From positions 1 to 38,154 of the IMG/VR virus record IMGVR_UViG_3300045988_064121: DNA of 38,154 nucleotides. The stretch is one strand, 5' to 3'. This DNA is from a virus. A model generated the notes under the pieces. That model was not told the DNA's origin. It was given only the letters and a program-made list of their open reading frames with translations, and ran no database searches. Of the stretch, positions 9,432 to 18,776 are shown one piece after another. Within the stretch, counting starts at the first letter, position 1, and each line of letters begins with the position of its first letter. Made by a program: the position numbers and the translations under genes.

Positions 9432-9787
9432 GTATCAAAGTTAAACTTGATGTTAAATCACTTCAAGAATTTAAACAATCAAGAGGACTTGAAGAACGTG
9501 GACGTGTGCAACAAATGATTGATTCAGAGGTTATTAGGCTTATGACACCTTACACGCCTAGAGATACAGGATCATTAATTAACTCGGCTACAAGAAATAC
9601 TCAAATTGGAAGTGGATTAGTGAAACAAGGTGGACCAAGTGCCCCTTATGCTAGACGTTGGTATTACAACAAAGAGGGTGCTCATTTCGTTGGTGGTAAA
9701 ACAGACCATTGGTTTGAAAAAGCTATGCGAAATGGTGGTGCAGAAGCAATCTTAAAGAAAGCACAACAAATGATAGGAGACGGATAA
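9428..9787 (+). CDS. HK97 gp10-like tail/neck component; proposed ATA start (ATAG overlap with the upstream stop)
   Basis: GGGAGG at 9412-9417, ATA at 9428. The motif TPYTPRDTGSLINS is gp10-like. The track ORF 9356 would overlap the upstream gene by 76 nt. Confidence 0.55.
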   Translation: MGIKVKLDVKSLQEFKQSRGLEERGRVQQMIDSEVIRLMTPYTPRDTGSLINSATRNTQIGSGLVKQGGPSAPYARRWYYNKEGAHFVGGKTDHWFEKAMRNGGAEAILKKAQQMIGDG

Positions 9788-10206
9788 TGACAGTATCAAA
9801 AGCATTGATTCAGTGGCTTTATGGCTATGGAAATATACAGATAGATGAGCGTATTGAAACGGATGTTTTAGCACAACAGGCTATCTCTTATGCATTGTAT
9901 AAAGAACCTAATGCAATTGTGAACACATACATTGACGGCTCTCAAATGCGTACAGAATACTACACGTTTCTAGCACGAAGAAATACACAAATTGAAGCCG
10001 AAAGGCAAGACAACAATTTCTTCTTAGAAGAATTAGGAGAATGGATTGACGAAAAGAATTTAAACGGAGAATTACCACAACTAGACGGAAACAAATATTG
10101 TGATGATGTTTCCGTTTCAAGTGGTTTATATCTATACACAAACGAGGATAGTCAAGCAGTATATGCGTTAACTATTCAAATCAAATACAGAAAGGAGCTT
10201 AATTAA
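9787..10206 (+). CDS. Tail completion/neck protein
   Basis: TAATG overlap. Assigned by position. Confidence 0.4.
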   Translation: MTVSKALIQWLYGYGNIQIDERIETDVLAQQAISYALYKEPNAIVNTYIDGSQMRTEYYTFLARRNTQIEAERQDNNFFLEELGEWIDEKNLNGELPQLDGNKYCDDVSVSSGLYLYTNEDSQAVYALTIQIKYRKELN

Positions 10207-10712
10207 TAACAACTCAAGGAACTGAAATAAGCGTAGGACAAACAGTCAAAAAGTATATGATTGGTTTGTTCTTGGAAATGGGAACAGGGTACAAGCGTAT
10301 CAAGAAATCTACAACTTTGGATATTTCATTTAACAGTGAAACGGAGACATATGACTTTATCGCAGATAAGAACCCAACGGAATCATTAAAGAGCTATTCA
10401 CCTCAGATTTCGCAAGATTTAACAATGATTAAAGGTGAAGATGATTTTGAATATGTTTACGAACAAATGATGAAATCCGTACCAAACAACGAAGAAGTAA
10501 ATACAAAAGCTTTACTTGTATTCATGTTTGACGGAGATAAAACGAAAGGCTATAAAGCGTGGGAAGTTGACGCTAAATTGATTTTCGACACATTGAGCGG
10601 TGTTGATTCAAAAATCAACTTTAACATTAACTTTGCAAGCGATATTCGTGTCGGCGTTGCAAAGGTAGCAGATGGCACAGTGACATTCACAGAAGGTACA
10701 TCAGAAGTATAA
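10206..10712 (+). CDS. Major tail protein; proposed ATA start
   Basis: AAAGGAG at 10191-10197, ATA at 10206. The context cttaattaATAaca mirrors the capsid start tttaattaATAcca. It lies upstream of the chaperone pair and tape measure gene. Confidence 0.6.
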   Translation: MTTQGTEISVGQTVKKYMIGLFLEMGTGYKRIKKSTTLDISFNSETETYDFIADKNPTESLKSYSPQISQDLTMIKGEDDFEYVYEQMMKSVPNNEEVNTKALLVFMFDGDKTKGYKAWEVDAKLIFDTLSGVDSKINFNINFASDIRVGVAKVADGTVTFTEGTSEV

Positions 10713-10730
10713 AGAAAGAAGAGGTAAATT

Positions 10731-11093
10731 ATGAATAGAATCACATATGAAGGGAAACAGTATGAAATCACACCTAAGACTATTGAAGTATTAAAAGCAG
10801 AGGACGCTTGTAACGCATTTCACGCTACACATGAAGAAGCATATCGAGCTAAATTCGACTATCTGAAAACAGTATTAACAGATGAACAAATTGAAAGCAT
10901 GTTAGGAAGTGCAGATTTTGAGCAAGTTGATTTGATGGAAGTATTGTATATTGTCAATTTGATTGATGATGAATATTCAAAGAAAACGGATGAACAGTTA
11001 GAAAAGAAATTAAAAACAACATTCGGAACAAATGGAATGAAGCAATTTCTTGACGCAAGCAAGACTGTTTCTAGCATTTCGGCGAAGAAATGA
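10731..11093 (+). CDS. Tail assembly chaperone
   Basis: SD then ATG. Acidic protein of about 120 aa between the major tail and tape measure genes. Confidence 0.5.
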   Translation: MNRITYEGKQYEITPKTIEVLKAEDACNAFHATHEEAYRAKFDYLKTVLTDEQIESMLGSADFEQVDLMEVLYIVNLIDDEYSKKTDEQLEKKLKTTFGTNGMKQFLDASKTVSSISAKK

Positions 11094-11653
11094 TTGATTT
11101 ACGCATAAAAGGCTTGCCAAATAGCATTCAGTCGCTAGATGGCGAGCCTATTTTATTAAATACAGACTTTCGGTTGTGGATAAGATTCTATGAAGAATTA
11201 GAACGATTCAACAATCATGTTGTTGATGAAGTAGATTGTTCTTATTTATTCGCAGATGAACCACCTATCATAGACAAGCATATATTAAAAGAGTTAGAAC
11301 GATTCCTATATAACCCTTCTAGTACGCCTAGAAGTGATTCTACAGGCGTTAAAACATTAGATTATGTGCAAGATGGGGAATATATTTATTCGGCTTTTAT
11401 GCAACTTTACGGCATTGATTTAACTGAATGTGATATGCATTGGCATAAGTTCTTAGCACTGGCCAATAATATTGTCGGTGATTCAACTTTATGGGGATAT
11501 GCAAAGAGTGTTAGAGGATATGAAAAACCTTCAAAAAATGATACACAAGATAAAGCATATCAAAGAGCAAAAGAAGCGTGGTCTTTCCCAATCGAGTTAA
11601 CAATAGAGGAACAAGAAATGAAAGATGAATTTGATTCATATTTTGATGTTTAG
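11090..11653 (+). CDS. Tail assembly protein (Gp15-like)
   Basis: ATGA overlap. Position directly upstream of the tape measure gene. Confidence 0.45.
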   Translation: MIDLRIKGLPNSIQSLDGEPILLNTDFRLWIRFYEELERFNNHVVDEVDCSYLFADEPPIIDKHILKELERFLYNPSSTPRSDSTGVKTLDYVQDGEYIYSAFMQLYGIDLTECDMHWHKFLALANNIVGDSTLWGYAKSVRGYEKPSKNDTQDKAYQRAKEAWSFPIELTIEEQEMKDEFDSYFDV

Positions 11654-11673
11654 AAAAGGAGGTGGCAAATTGA

Positions 11674-14253
11674 ATATCAGACGGAACATTAAAGTTTGAT
11701 ACAAAGATAGACACAAGTGGTCTAGAGAATGGTATTAAATCTGTAAAGGTTGTATCAAGTGAAGCCACAAATGCTATCAAAGATACTTCAAAAGCGATTG
11801 ATAAGCTAGGTTCTGATGGTTCAAAAGCACCGCCAAAAATTAAAGAAAAACTTAAAGATTTAAACGAAGAGCAAAAGAATACACAGACAGAAACGCAAGA
11901 AACAGGTTCTAAATTTGATGTATTTAAGCAAGTAGGAAACAGTGCCTTAGAATCAATTCAAGGTGGATTTGATGGACTGCTAGAGAAGATTCAGAATATT
12001 AGTCCGGAAGCTTCTGCAATTACTGAAACATTAACAGGATTAGGCGTTGGAGGTGTCGTTGGTGTTACTGCCGTAGCAGGAGCAGTTGGTGGTATGGCAC
12101 TAGCGATTAAGACCGGTGTTAACCAAGCTACCGAATTAGATGACGCTATGGCTAAATTTCAAGCTCAGACAGGTGCTTCAAGTAATGAAATGAGCAAATT
12201 TAAAAACATTGCTCGTGAAGTTTGGTCTAACAATTTTGGTGAAGATGTTTCAGATGTAGCCGATATGATGGCACGTGTGAAGCAACAAATGCAAGGCATA
12301 AGTGATGTCGATTTAAAAGATGTAACTGAGGACTTGATTACTTTAAGAGATACGTTCGATATGGATGAGAATGAAACTCTTAGAGGTGCTCAACAATTAA
12401 TGAAGCAGTTCGGAATTACTTCTAAAGAAGCTTTTGACCTTATAGCTACAGGTGCTCAGAATGGTTTAAACAAATCAGATGAATTGGGCGATAACATTTC
12501 AGAATACTCCGGTAAATTTGCTCAAGCAGGATATTCGGCAGATGAATATTTCCAATTAATGCAGAATGGATTAGACGGTGGAGCTTATAACCTTGATAAA
12601 GTAAATGACGCAATCAATGAAGTTACTACGAGATTAGTTGATGGCACTATTGAAGGGGCTTTAGATAGCTTCGATACCAAAACACAAGATGTCTTTAAGG
12701 CTTGGCAAGAAGGAAGAGCAACTCAAAAAGATGTTGTGAATGCGATTGTAGAAGATATTTCAAAGACTACAAATGAACAAGAAAAGTTGAATAAATCTGC
12801 AACGGCTTTCGGTACAATGGGAGAAGATTTCAACGCCGGATTCATTCAGTCCTTAACAACAGTAGGGAATAAATATAAAGATGTAGAAGGTGCAATGGAT
12901 AAAGTAAAAGAAATTGCAAACGGTGGCTTAAAGAACGCTTTAAGTGGCTTAGGACGTACATTTCTTGATTCATTTACACCAATAGGCGAACTTATTACTC
13001 CTATTCTTGCCGGTATAATTGGATTGATTACAGTAGCAATTCAAGGTATTCAACAAGGGTTTGCAAAAGTTGGTGATGTAATTTCAAGTGTATTAAATAA
13101 GATTGATACAAGTGGAATTACAGAATTGACAAATCAAGTTTCTGAAGTGTTAGCTCCTGCGTTTGATGAGGTCAGAAAAGCGATTGACGAAATGAAAGTT
13201 GCACTTGAACCTATTGCAAAAGAAATCTTAGGTAAAATTGGTAACGCAATTCAAAACATTGTGAATCAAGCACAAAAGATTCTTACAGTAGTAGGACCAC
13301 CGATTCTAGCAATTATAAAAATGGTGATTTCAAATATAGTTGGATTAATTCCTGTAATTACATCTATTCTTTCGATAGTTGGAAGTGTTGTAAGTGGAAT
13401 CATTTCGTTCATTAGTATGGTAATTTCATATATTGGAAGTGCAATTTCTACAATATTGTCTATTATCATGCCAATTGTTCAAATTATTGCATCTATCATA
13501 TCTAATATTTGGTCTTTAATCGTAACTATCGCAACGAATGTTTGGAGCAAGATAAGTGAAGTGGTATCTGCAATCATTCAATTTGTAAGTGGTTTATTTC
13601 AGTCGATTTCAAGTGTATTTGAAAGCATATGGAATGTTATCAAAGGTGTATTCGACAATATCGGAAATATTGTACAAAGTGTAATTGATATAATTGATTC
13701 TAGCTTTACAGGCGTAAAAGATACCATTTCAAATGTATTTGATGATGTGTGGTCAAAGGTAAAAGTAGTGATGGATAAAGTAGGAAATAAGATTTCAAAC
13801 GTTCTACAAGGAATAAAGAATGCGTGGAGTGGTTTAACGGGATTTGTAAGTGGTGTATTCAGTGGAATTGAAGGAGCAGTAGGTTCATTAGTTTCTAGTG
13901 TAAAAGGAATGGTGAATGGTGTTATCGGTGGCATTAACGGCGCTATCAGTATCATCAATAAGATTCCTGGAGTTAACATTGGAAAGATTCCAAAACTAGA
14001 GCGTGGTGGTGTATTGAAACGTGGACAGATTGGTTTGTTGGAAGGTAATGGAGCAGAAGCAGTTGTACCGTTAGAAAGAAACAAAGCATGGATTCGTGCA
14101 GTAGCAAAAGATATGGCTCAAATCATGCCTAGTGTTACAACGAATAACAACGGTCAGACTATCAACTTCTACAATAAAGCTCAAAGTCCGGATGAAATTT
14201 CTAGAATGTTGCGTATGCAAGCAAGATATGGATATGGAGGTGTAGTTCAATAG
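11674..14253 (+). CDS. Tape measure protein (859 aa); proposed ATA start
   Basis: The frame is open from 11674 with no ATG/GTG/TTG for 140 codons. The N-terminus ISDGTLKFDTKIDTSGLENGIK is a typical TMP start. GGAGG at 11658-11662. A long hydrophobic repeat core is present. Confidence 0.85.
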   Translation: MSDGTLKFDTKIDTSGLENGIKSVKVVSSEATNAIKDTSKAIDKLGSDGSKAPPKIKEKLKDLNEEQKNTQTETQETGSKFDVFKQVGNSALESIQGGFDGLLEKIQNISPEASAITETLTGLGVGGVVGVTAVAGAVGGMALAIKTGVNQATELDDAMAKFQAQTGASSNEMSKFKNIAREVWSNNFGEDVSDVADMMARVKQQMQGISDVDLKDVTEDLITLRDTFDMDENETLRGAQQLMKQFGITSKEAFDLIATGAQNGLNKSDELGDNISEYSGKFAQAGYSADEYFQLMQNGLDGGAYNLDKVNDAINEVTTRLVDGTIEGALDSFDTKTQDVFKAWQEGRATQKDVVNAIVEDISKTTNEQEKLNKSATAFGTMGEDFNAGFIQSLTTVGNKYKDVEGAMDKVKEIANGGLKNALSGLGRTFLDSFTPIGELITPILAGIIGLITVAIQGIQQGFAKVGDVISSVLNKIDTSGITELTNQVSEVLAPAFDEVRKAIDEMKVALEPIAKEILGKIGNAIQNIVNQAQKILTVVGPPILAIIKMVISNIVGLIPVITSILSIVGSVVSGIISFISMVISYIGSAISTILSIIMPIVQIIASIISNIWSLIVTIATNVWSKISEVVSAIIQFVSGLFQSISSVFESIWNVIKGVFDNIGNIVQSVIDIIDSSFTGVKDTISNVFDDVWSKVKVVMDKVGNKISNVLQGIKNAWSGLTGFVSGVFSGIEGAVGSLVSSVKGMVNGVIGGINGAISIINKIPGVNIGKIPKLERGGVLKRGQIGLLEGNGAEAVVPLERNKAWIRAVAKDMAQIMPSVTTNNNGQTINFYNKAQSPDEISRMLRMQARYGYGGVVQ

Positions 14254-15122
14254 ATTTGAATAAAGTTAGAGTTATCGTCCGTAGGGATGATGGTAAAGAA
14301 TTTGAAATTGATAACCAAAAAAGATGGAGGATTCCTTCAAGTGATGGCTTAGATGGATTTGATTATGTAGCACCTTCATATACTACTCAAGACAACGCAT
14401 TCGGAAATGGTGCTAGATTAATTGGCTCACGTATTCCAACGAAAGAAAGAAGCGTGAAAGCTACCTTTAAAGGTTCACTAGAAGAAAAAAGAGAAGAAAG
14501 GGAGAAGCTACGGCGCTTCTTCCAATATTCTCATGTATTTGATGTGATAGTCGAGTATATGGGAGAAAAGAAATATTGCAGGGGAAGATTATATGCGTAT
14601 AGCTTGCCTACTGTTAACATCTATAAAGATTTAGAGCTTAACTTTACGATTCTATGTACGCAACCTTTATTGCTTTCATTTGATAATTTTGCAAAGAATA
14701 TTGCGGAAATTGGTGGAGGTTTAGCATTCAATTTTGAAATACCGGAAACAGGCGTAAACTTTGGAACATTCACATTCGCTAGAGAAATCTATATTGATAA
14801 TCAAGGCGATACAGAAACATATTGCAGAGCCGTTATTGAAGCCTTTGGGGATGTAACAAATCCGAAATTATTCAATAAAGATAAATATATTCGTGTATTA
14901 GATACGCTACACTATGGTGATGTGTTAGAAATTGACTTAGTTTCTGAGCCTATATCAATCAAGAAGAATAGCGTGAATTGTATCGGCAAAGTTGATAGAA
15001 CTTCATCATTCAATGATATGACTATTAATTTAGGTGAGAATATCATAGGATATACGGCAGATAATGGAGATACGAACTTAGCTTGCACTGTTTACTACAA
15101 CGAAAGGTATTTAGGTATATAG
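14250..15122 (+). CDS. Distal tail protein (Dit); proposed ATA start (ATAG overlap with the TMP stop), alternative TTG 14256
   Basis: GGAGG at 14236-14240 is 9 nt from ATA 14250 but 15 nt from TTG 14256. Position after the TMP gene. Confidence 0.6.
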   Translation: MDLNKVRVIVRRDDGKEFEIDNQKRWRIPSSDGLDGFDYVAPSYTTQDNAFGNGARLIGSRIPTKERSVKATFKGSLEEKREEREKLRRFFQYSHVFDVIVEYMGEKKYCRGRLYAYSLPTVNIYKDLELNFTILCTQPLLLSFDNFAKNIAEIGGGLAFNFEIPETGVNFGTFTFAREIYIDNQGDTETYCRAVIEAFGDVTNPKLFNKDKYIRVLDTLHYGDVLEIDLVSEPISIKKNSVNCIGKVDRTSSFNDMTINLGENIIGYTADNGDTNLACTVYYNERYLGI

Positions 15123-15123
15123 T

Positions 15124-16137
15124 ATGTCTTACTTTGGATTAGATAAAGATTTCAATATCGTAACTCATCTAGCACCTTATAACGTGCAGTGGAATCGGCG
15201 ATATTATGAAACAGGAGATTTTGAGATTTATATTGATATAGGGCAGTATTCAAGTGATATTACATACATTTACTCTACTGAGGATAAAGAGTTAGGAATT
15301 GTAGAAATACCGCATTATTCCGTTTCAAACAACACGAAACAAATGTTGCTTAGAGGTTCTTTTTTTGAAAAGATTCTAACAGATGATTGTATTTATCCTA
15401 CATTCTCAAGCAGTGGAAACATTGTTGATGTAGTAAAGAAATTATTAGATAGGTATTGCTCATGGGAAATGGGGTATAGATATGATGAATCCATTACAGA
15501 TACCGTAGACGTACAAGAAACAGGAGCAAACCTTGATAAGAAGCTTTATGAGTTGCTATATCCGTTAGAATTGTCTTTTCGTATAGAATATGATTATGTA
15601 TCAAGTACGTTCACATTTGTGTTGTATCGTGGTCGTGATTTAACTCAAAACAATACAGAAGGAAACAATTTCGTTACCTTTTCAACAGAGTTTGGAAATG
15701 TTGAAGAACCGGACGTTATGATTGATTCTAGTAAATACAAGAACTATGCAATCATTTGTGGAGAGGGGCAAGGCGAAGAGCGTATTTATGTTGAATATGA
15801 CGCTAGAAAAGATAAGAATGAAAGAATCAAGAAATTGTATGTAGACGCACGTTCTGAGCGTATGGGAGAAGGTACAACACTTGATGAATATAAGAAGGTG
15901 TTAATTCAAAAAGGGATTGAAAAACTAGCAGATTATCAAATTAAAGAGAATGTGAATTTTAATTTAAATACGGATTCATACGAGTATAAGGTGGACTATG
16001 ATTTAGGTGATAAAGTTGATGTTATAGTAGCAGAAATTGGATTAGTAATAACTGCAAGAATCAGAAATATATTTGAAGTTATTAAGAGCGGATATAGAAC
16101 CTTAGAATTAGAGGTTGATAATTTAAAAATCATGTAA
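15124..16137 (+). CDS. Tail-associated (Tal-like) baseplate protein, short form
   Basis: Position after Dit; 337 aa. Confidence 0.5.
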   Translation: MSYFGLDKDFNIVTHLAPYNVQWNRRYYETGDFEIYIDIGQYSSDITYIYSTEDKELGIVEIPHYSVSNNTKQMLLRGSFFEKILTDDCIYPTFSSSGNIVDVVKKLLDRYCSWEMGYRYDESITDTVDVQETGANLDKKLYELLYPLELSFRIEYDYVSSTFTFVLYRGRDLTQNNTEGNNFVTFSTEFGNVEEPDVMIDSSKYKNYAIICGEGQGEERIYVEYDARKDKNERIKKLYVDARSERMGEGTTLDEYKKVLIQKGIEKLADYQIKENVNFNLNTDSYEYKVDYDLGDKVDVIVAEIGLVITARIRNIFEVIKSGYRTLELEVDNLKIM

Positions 16138-16149
16138 GGAGTGAATTTA

Positions 16150-16656
16150 ATAGAAAAGAAAAATGGAGGATTTAAGCAAATAGCAAGAAGTATGTATTTT
16201 CTAGACAAAATGAATGCGATGGGTGGTGTAGCCGTTGCCGTATTAACATACGTATTAGGTGAACATTGGTATTTATTCGCATTCTTCTTATTTATGAATG
16301 TAGTTGACTACATTACGGGGTGCATGAAGTCGGCTATTGCTCATAAAATCAATAGTAATAAAGGATGGATTGGAGTGCTTAAAAAGCTAGGCTATTGGAT
16401 TATGATTGTCGTTGCGTTCACGTTCAGTGCTTTTTTGGTAGAAGTTGGAGAAATTCTAGGACTTAATTTCCATGTATCTACATTGCTAGGTTGGTTTGTG
16501 TTAGCTTCGCTATGTATTAATGAATCTCGTAGCGTTATGGAGAATTTATTACAATGTGGTTACAATGTACCAAAAGTATTAACTAAAGGATTAGAAGTAG
16601 CAGATAAACTCGTTAACGAAGAACAAGACAATGACGAATCAAGTACCTTGGAATAA
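16150..16656 (+). CDS. Holin (phage_holin_4_1 / TcdE-like); start ambiguous (ATA 16150, ATA 16180 or ATG 16192)
   Basis: Three TM segments; DYITGCMKSAIAHKINSNKGWIGVLKKLGYW is family-typical. The track start GTG 16141 lies inside the SD AAGGAGTG. ATA 16150 is 8 nt after GGAG. ATA 16180 (ATAGCA) is 10 nt after GGAGG 16165-16169. Confidence 0.7.
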   Translation: MEKKNGGFKQIARSMYFLDKMNAMGGVAVAVLTYVLGEHWYLFAFFLFMNVVDYITGCMKSAIAHKINSNKGWIGVLKKLGYWIMIVVAFTFSAFLVEVGEILGLNFHVSTLLGWFVLASLCINESRSVMENLLQCGYNVPKVLTKGLEVADKLVNEEQDNDESSTLE

Positions 16657-16897
16657 GATTATTCTTGAAGAATTTATTAATCTAGCTTTATTAACTAAAG
16701 ATGAAGAAATGATTTTAAGAACAAGAATATACGGATGGACCGTTAGAGAACAAGCCGATAGATTAAACATGAGTGTTTCTAGTGTGAATCGAATTATCAA
16801 AAAGATTAAGAATAAGTATGATACAGTAGAGAAGTATAGCGCAGTCCTACCACCAAGAAAAAGCAGTGAAAAAGAAACGTTTTTAGATGATAATTAA
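16631..16897 (+). CDS. Small sigma-70 region-4-like HTH protein
   Basis: LTKDEEMILRTRIYGWTVREQADRLNMSVSSVNRIIKKIK resembles a region 4 HTH. It overlaps the holin 3' end. Confidence 0.45.
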   Translation: MTNQVPWNKIILEEFINLALLTKDEEMILRTRIYGWTVREQADRLNMSVSSVNRIIKKIKNKYDTVEKYSAVLPPRKSSEKETFLDDN

Positions 16898-16921
16898 GAG
16901 GTTGAAAAACCTCTTTTTTTT
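16896..16921 (+). terminator. Intrinsic terminator
   Basis: AAGAGGTT-gaaa-AACCTCTT followed by a T-run. Confidence 0.75.
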
Positions 16922-16975
16922 GACATTTATTTGACATTAATGTGGAAACAAATTGAGATTGCGAATGAATATAAT
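16920..16975 (+). promoter_or_regulatory. Possible cargo-cassette promoter region: tandem TTGACA boxes (16920, 16931) and TATAAT (16970)
   Basis: Hexamers read directly. The spacings (about 33 nt and longer) do not fit a standard sigma-A promoter. Confidence 0.3.
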
Positions 16976-16990
16976 TAGGAGTGTAAAGAG

Positions 16991-17425
16991 GTGAGTAAAA
17001 TGTATAATCCAATCAATGACAGAATTAATAATTTAATGAATCAAAAGCAGATGATTGAATCGCAATTACAGAACATTCAACAACTAGCAAATATTCCACC
17101 TATTAACATTAACAACCAAATCACGCCTAATATGGCGTTGAATGATTTCAATGGTAAGTGGGTTAACAATGAACAAGAAGCAAGGAATATGATGGTGAAT
17201 GGATTGCCTAGTATTATGCTAGATAGAAATGATTCAGTATTCTACATGAAGTCATTAGACGGCAGTTTCAAGAAATACAGATTCCAAGAAGAAACAGAAC
17301 CAAAAAAAGACAACATAGAGCAACGCTTAGACAAGCTAGAAGCTATGATATTAGGTCTAAAAGACGGAAGTAATATAAATACAAAGGCAAACAAAGAAAC
17401 GCCTAGAAAGGAGCTTAAAGCGTGA
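16991..17425 (+). CDS. Q/N-rich hypothetical protein (alternative start ATG 17000)
   Basis: SD-preceded ORF with low-complexity NQ-rich N-terminal half. Confidence 0.45.
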   Translation: MSKMYNPINDRINNLMNQKQMIESQLQNIQQLANIPPININNQITPNMALNDFNGKWVNNEQEARNMMVNGLPSIMLDRNDSVFYMKSLDGSFKKYRFQEETEPKKDNIEQRLDKLEAMILGLKDGSNINTKANKETPRKELKA

Positions 17426-17631
17426 ATCCTTTAATGAATATGATGAACCCTCAACAAATGTTGATGGGTATGTTGCAACAAAGAAACCCACAAGCATTTA
17501 ATCAAGTTCAACAACTAATGCAGAGTGGGCAGAATCCCCAAGTATTGCTAAGTAATATGATGGGGCAACTAACGCCACAACAGAAGCAACAATTTGATTC
17601 AGTGGCTAATCAATATGGGCTAAAACGCTAA
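17422..17631 (+). CDS. Small Q/M/N-rich protein (NPQ repeats)
   Basis: AAAGGAG then GTG 8 nt later at 17422. MNPLMNMMNPQQMLMGMLQQRNPQ... Confidence 0.45.
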   Translation: MNPLMNMMNPQQMLMGMLQQRNPQAFNQVQQLMQSGQNPQVLLSNMMGQLTPQQKQQFDSVANQYGLKR

Positions 17632-17655
17632 TTGCGTTGAAAGGAGGAAATATAA

Positions 17656-18267
17656 ATGGAAAGCATGAATGGTATTCAACCAATGTACGATTTAGCAGAC
17701 AGAAACAACAATGAATTTGGTGGAGGATATTGGATTTGGATTATCCTTTTATTCTTACTGTTTGGTGGAAATTGGGGTAACAATGGAAACCTACAGAATG
17801 ATGAATTAATGAATCAAGAATTCATTAAGCGTGATTTATTCAACACAAATCAGAATGTATCTAGCCAAGGATATCAAAATTCAAGAGATATTCTAGAAAG
17901 CCGATACACAACTCAATTAGGTTTGCAGAATCTAGGACAACAGAATCAAGAATGTTGTTGTGCGACGCAAAGAGCGATTGACGGTGTAAATACACAAAGC
18001 TTCAAAAACACGTGTGATATTACCACTGCAATCCACGCAGAAGGCGAAGCAACAAGAGCATTAATTAATGCTAACACAATGCAAGAATTGCGTGATAAAT
18101 TAGCAGACAGAGACCGAGATTTATTGACGGCTAATTTCCAATTAAGTCAACAGGCGCAATCTGCAAATATCATCAATACATTGCAACCAACGCCAAAACC
18201 TGCATATCTTACTTGCTCACCTTATTATGCATACAATATGACAGGTTGTGGATGTAACCAAATCTAG
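17656..18267 (+). CDS. Membrane-anchored Cys-rich protein
   Basis: AAAGGAGG SD. One TM segment (YWIWIILLFLLFGG). CCC triplet and C-terminal CGC. Confidence 0.5.
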   Translation: MESMNGIQPMYDLADRNNNEFGGGYWIWIILLFLLFGGNWGNNGNLQNDELMNQEFIKRDLFNTNQNVSSQGYQNSRDILESRYTTQLGLQNLGQQNQECCCATQRAIDGVNTQSFKNTCDITTAIHAEGEATRALINANTMQELRDKLADRDRDLLTANFQLSQQAQSANIINTLQPTPKPAYLTCSPYYAYNMTGCGCNQI

Positions 18268-18302
18268 CTCGAAAGAGATTAGGCAATAGCCTTTGGATTA
18301 TA

Positions 18303-18331
18303 GGGTAGTCGAAAGGCTACCCATTTATTTT
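18303..18331 (+). terminator. Intrinsic terminator
   Basis: GGGTAGTC-gaaa-GGCTACCC followed by ATTTATTTT. Confidence 0.65.
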
Positions 18332-18349
18332 ATATAGGAGGAAAAGAAA

Positions 18350-18769
18350 ATGATTAATAGTATAGCAACGGCAGTACAGACAGTAGCAAACGGACAAAAT
18401 GTATTATTTCCAACGGACAGAGTAAGAACGAAATCTTGTCAATGTGCTTGTAAAGGTTGGCTTGCTCATGATGTAGGAAGTGGACTATTTACGTTGACGA
18501 AACAAGGAATTTATGAAGTAGAATATACGGCAGACATCACAAGTGCAACAGTAGGAGTTGCTTCTTTAGAATTAGAACAGAATGGAGAAGCAGTAGGCGG
18601 AACACAATCTTTATATAATGTAGCTACTGCAAGTGCATACGGAAATGTAAGCGGAGCTACATTGATTCAAGTACCTTGTGGAGCTTCTTACACAATTACA
18701 TTAGGAAATAACAGTGGCTTAGATTTATCTGTTCAGAACGCAAATATCATCATTAAAAAGTTAGCGTAG
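18350..18769 (+). CDS. BclA C-terminal-domain-like (C1q/TNF-like jelly-roll) protein without collagen repeats
   Basis: By-eye pattern match to the exosporium BclA CTD: F.L...GIYEV.Y......A....ASLELEQNGE.V.G.... and the C-terminal ANIIIKKLA (BclA ends ASIIIEKVA). Confidence 0.45.
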   Translation: MINSIATAVQTVANGQNVLFPTDRVRTKSCQCACKGWLAHDVGSGLFTLTKQGIYEVEYTADITSATVGVASLELEQNGEAVGGTQSLYNVATASAYGNVSGATLIQVPCGASYTITLGNNSGLDLSVQNANIIIKKLA

Positions 18770-18776
18770 GTGTATC

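Noticed and set aside
10731-11653. Programmed -1 frameshift joining the two tail chaperone ORFs
   Set aside because: The second ORF has its own ATG in an ATGA overlap, and I could not identify a convincing slippery heptamer by eye. Left unclaimed.
11670-11699. TTG 11670 as the tape measure start
   Set aside because: It is in a different frame and terminates after 9 codons. It is kept only as an alternative (indel or frameshift) in the TMP finding.
13599-14084. Antisense ORFs in the track (for example 375..578, 1278..1585, 4437..4733, 5699..6055, 13266..13469, 13599..14084, 18761..19060, 30297..30593, 33328..33660, 35163..35468, 37462..37777)
   Set aside because: They lie entirely within well-supported + strand genes, lack an SD, and have low-complexity shadow-frame composition.
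16141-16143. GTG 16141 as the holin start (ORF track)
   Set aside because: The GTG is part of the Shine-Dalgarno sequence AAGGAGTG, so the spacing is zero.
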